54,801 nt of DNA from contig DAIRCJ010000002.1 in NCBI GenBank assembly GCA_036796755.1, positions 1-54,801 of the forward strand. The letters run 5' to 3'. The notes beneath the pieces were generated by a model. The model had not been told where the DNA came from. It worked only from the letters and a program-made list of their open reading frames with translations, and ran no database searches. Each line of letters starts with the position of its first letter. Position 1 is the stretch's first letter. A program made the position numbers and the translations under genes. This stretch comes from Candidatus Geothermocultoraceae bacterium. GTDB taxonomy: Bacteria; Actinomycetota; Aquicultoria; SKW223; CALKMS01. Of this stretch, positions 53,131 to 54,801 are shown piece after piece.

Positions 53131-54506
53131 GTGATTGGCGAAAGGATTCCGCTTCATCTCCTCTTGATTTTTCTTACCCGGAAGAAAAAGTTACCGGTAA
53201 GCCTTCTTTTTACGGCGGAATTTTAAAAAGCCGGGGTTTTTTTCTTCTCTGGCTAAGTCAGGCTATATCCAATTTTGGAGACTGGTTAATTGTTTCCCCT
53301 CTTTTAGCTCTGGTTTATAGTTTAACTTCTGGCTCCAGTGCTGCCGTCGGGGTTTTAATGATTTTTAAGATTGCTCCCGCTTTACTTTTAGGCCCTCTGG
53401 CGGGACAGATAGCTGATAAGTTTAGTCGAAAATTAATTATGATTGCTTGTGACTTGATTAGAGCGGCTCTTGTCCTTTTTTTACCTTTTGCTAACTCAAT
53501 TTACCAGGTTTATCTAATAACTTTTTTACTGGAGTCCTTTTCCCTCTTTTTTGTTCCGGCCAAGGACGCCAGCATTCCCAACCTGGTGGAGAAAGAAGAC
53601 CTTTCCCGAGCTAACTCTTTTTCTTATGCTACCACTCAATTAACCATGCTTATCGGTCTGACTTCAGGAGCGACAATCTTGCTTGTTGTTCGCCGCCTGG
53701 TAGAGCGCTTTAAAGTTGTAGAGCTTCCACTCATAGGAAAGGTTGCCAGCCATTTCGTTGGCCCTCATGCTACTTTTGTTCTTGATTCTGCAACCTTTTT
53801 AATCTCGGCTTTTTTTCTCTTTTTTCTTGCCCTGCCAGTTAATAAAAAAAGATTGGCTTCTAAAACTGAAGAAAACATTTTTTCCTTTAATTTCAATTAC
53901 TTTCGCCCTTATCCCCGCCTCCAGGCGCTCATTAAAAATCTGGGTTTAGCTTTGATTGGTGGCGGAAGTTTGTTGGCGGTTGGTGTTGCCTTTACCGAGG
54001 AGGTTCTGGGGGCTGGTCGGGAGGGAGTTTCACCCCTTTTAGCTGTTCTGGCAGCTGGGATGTTTGCTGGTTCTCTGGTAGTTGCTCGCCTTGAGAAGTA
54101 TTTTAAAGTTGAGCAGCAGTTTGCGGTTTACCTTTTTCTTTTTTCTCTGGCTTATTTCTCTTTTGCCCTTATAAATCTTTACTGGACGACGCTGATTAGT
54201 AGTTTCCTGGCAGGGGTTTCTTTAAGTGGAATCTGGATATCCGGTTACACTTACATTCATCGTGTGGTTGACGATGAGGAAAGAGGCCGGGTTTTCGCAG
54301 CTTTAGAAGTCGTAATTCGCGTGTCTCTTATTCTTTCTCTTGTTTTATCCGGTGTTTTAGCTGATTTAATTGGTAATCGCCAGGAAAGAATGTTTGGTTA
54401 TTTAATTAAGTTTAACGGTTCTCAGATAGTAATGGCTCTGGGCGCCTTCCTTATCTTTTTTGCTTCTTTAAATACCTGGCGTAAAATCCTCAGGGAGGAA
54501 AAGTGA
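53127..54506 (+). CDS. MFS transporter (MFS_3 family), inserted between the fumarase subunit genes
   Basis: 'FFLLWLSQAISNFGDWL', 'GQIADKFSRK' and about 12 hydrophobic helices. Same subfamily as 6020-7300. Confidence 0.75.
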   Translation: MSDWRKDSASSPLDFSYPEEKVTGKPSFYGGILKSRGFFLLWLSQAISNFGDWLIVSPLLALVYSLTSGSSAAVGVLMIFKIAPALLLGPLAGQIADKFSRKLIMIACDLIRAALVLFLPFANSIYQVYLITFLLESFSLFFVPAKDASIPNLVEKEDLSRANSFSYATTQLTMLIGLTSGATILLVVRRLVERFKVVELPLIGKVASHFVGPHATFVLDSATFLISAFFLFFLALPVNKKRLASKTEENIFSFNFNYFRPYPRLQALIKNLGLALIGGGSLLAVGVAFTEEVLGAGREGVSPLLAVLAAGMFAGSLVVARLEKYFKVEQQFAVYLFLFSLAYFSFALINLYWTTLISSFLAGVSLSGIWISGYTYIHRVVDDEERGRVFAALEVVIRVSLILSLVLSGVLADLIGNRQERMFGYLIKFNGSQIVMALGAFLIFFASLNTWRKILREEK

Positions 54507-54801
54507 AAAAAATTGTTACCCCCCTTCATTCTGAACTGGTCGAGAGTCTGCTGGCTGGAGAAGAAGTATGGTTATCGGGAGAGGTTTTTACCATGCGGGA
54601 CCGCACTCATACTTTACTTTACGAACTTGTTAAAAGAGGGGAAAAAGCACCTTTTGAGCTTCAGGGAGCAGTTATTTTTTATGCCGGTCCAATTTTTAGC
54701 CCCGATGGCCAGTCCATTAAAGCTATTGGTCCGACAACCAGCAAAAGGATGGACATTTTTACTCCCTTTTTTTTGAGGGCCGGGGCTAAAGGGATGATTG
54801 G
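54503..54801 (+). CDS. fumB: Class I fumarate hydratase beta subunit (5' partial, runs off the window)
   Basis: Not in the ORF track because there is no stop inside the window. The GTG at 54503 overlaps the MFS stop (GTGA). My translation 'VKKIVTPLHSELVESLLAGEEVWLSGEVFTMRDRTHTLLYELVKRGEKAPFELQGAVIFYAGP...GPTTSKRMD' matches the Fe-S hydro-lyase beta type. ORF 54513-54776 is the wrong frame. Confidence 0.8.
   Translation, partial: MKKIVTPLHSELVESLLAGEEVWLSGEVFTMRDRTHTLLYELVKRGEKAPFELQGAVIFYAGPIFSPDGQSIKAIGPTTSKRMDIFTPFFLRAGAKGMI

Noticed and set aside
54513-54776. 87-aa ORF (MLPPFILNWSRVCW...) at the right edge of the window.
   Set aside because: It is in the wrong frame. The frame starting with the GTG at 54503 encodes a clear fumarate hydratase beta-subunit N-terminus and stays open to the window end.
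1-54801. CRISPR arrays, rRNA/tRNA genes, transposases, integrases or prophage genes.
   Set aside because: I saw no regularly spaced direct repeats of 25-40 bp, no rRNA-like or cloverleaf sequences, and no ORF with DDE, tyrosine- or serine-recombinase, or phage structural motifs. The only defence-type genes (MNT/HEPN) are decayed.

Overview
This is a compact, AT-rich bacterial window of about 50 genes. There is no rRNA, tRNA, CRISPR array, transposase or integrase. All product calls come from reading motifs in the supplied translations; no database search was run.

Gene content by region:
- 0.1-12.3 kb, minus strand: purC, a flavin-reductase/rubredoxin fusion, a SAM methyltransferase, an MFS transporter and a 1564-aa secreted DUF2341 beta-helix protein.
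- 12.9-15.2 kb: a DUF4418 + FtsX-type ABC module.
- 15.2-20.7 kb: a purine operon (purM, pfkB kinase, PurN-like, HAD-like, purH).
- 20.8-28.7 kb: a two-adaptor ABC-2 efflux cluster with a lipoprotein and an LCP protein.
- 28.7-34.7 kb: a selenium island (LysR, selD, a 2-hydroxyacyl-CoA-dehydratase-like protein with its ATPase activase, yedE, yedF).
- 34.8-46.1 kb: a glycosylation and dTDP-sugar cluster, interrupted by three decayed genes and a flavoprotein gene.
- 46.3-47.7 kb: a NifS-like cysteine desulfurase with a DUF3343 carrier.
- 47.8-54.8 kb: a translationally coupled run of hypA, hypB, HD hydrolase, type IA topoisomerase, mdh, fumarase alpha, MFS transporter and fumarase beta.

Main hunt results:
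1. Two genes are mis-split by the ORF track because they carry in-frame UGA codons at catalytic cysteine positions. One is selD. The other is a class-I flavoprotein disulfide reductase whose CxxxxC centre reads UxxxxC. Each UGA is followed by a hairpin that could be a SECIS element.
2. An ATP-driven low-potential Fe-S reductase pair sits between selD and yedE/yedF. I propose it is a selenium-reduction or activation module.
3. A dispersed intergenic repeat family occurs in at least five spacers, always in the same orientation.
4. The giant surface protein has a domain block nested inside its beta-helix module and a lone C-terminal CxxCH motif.
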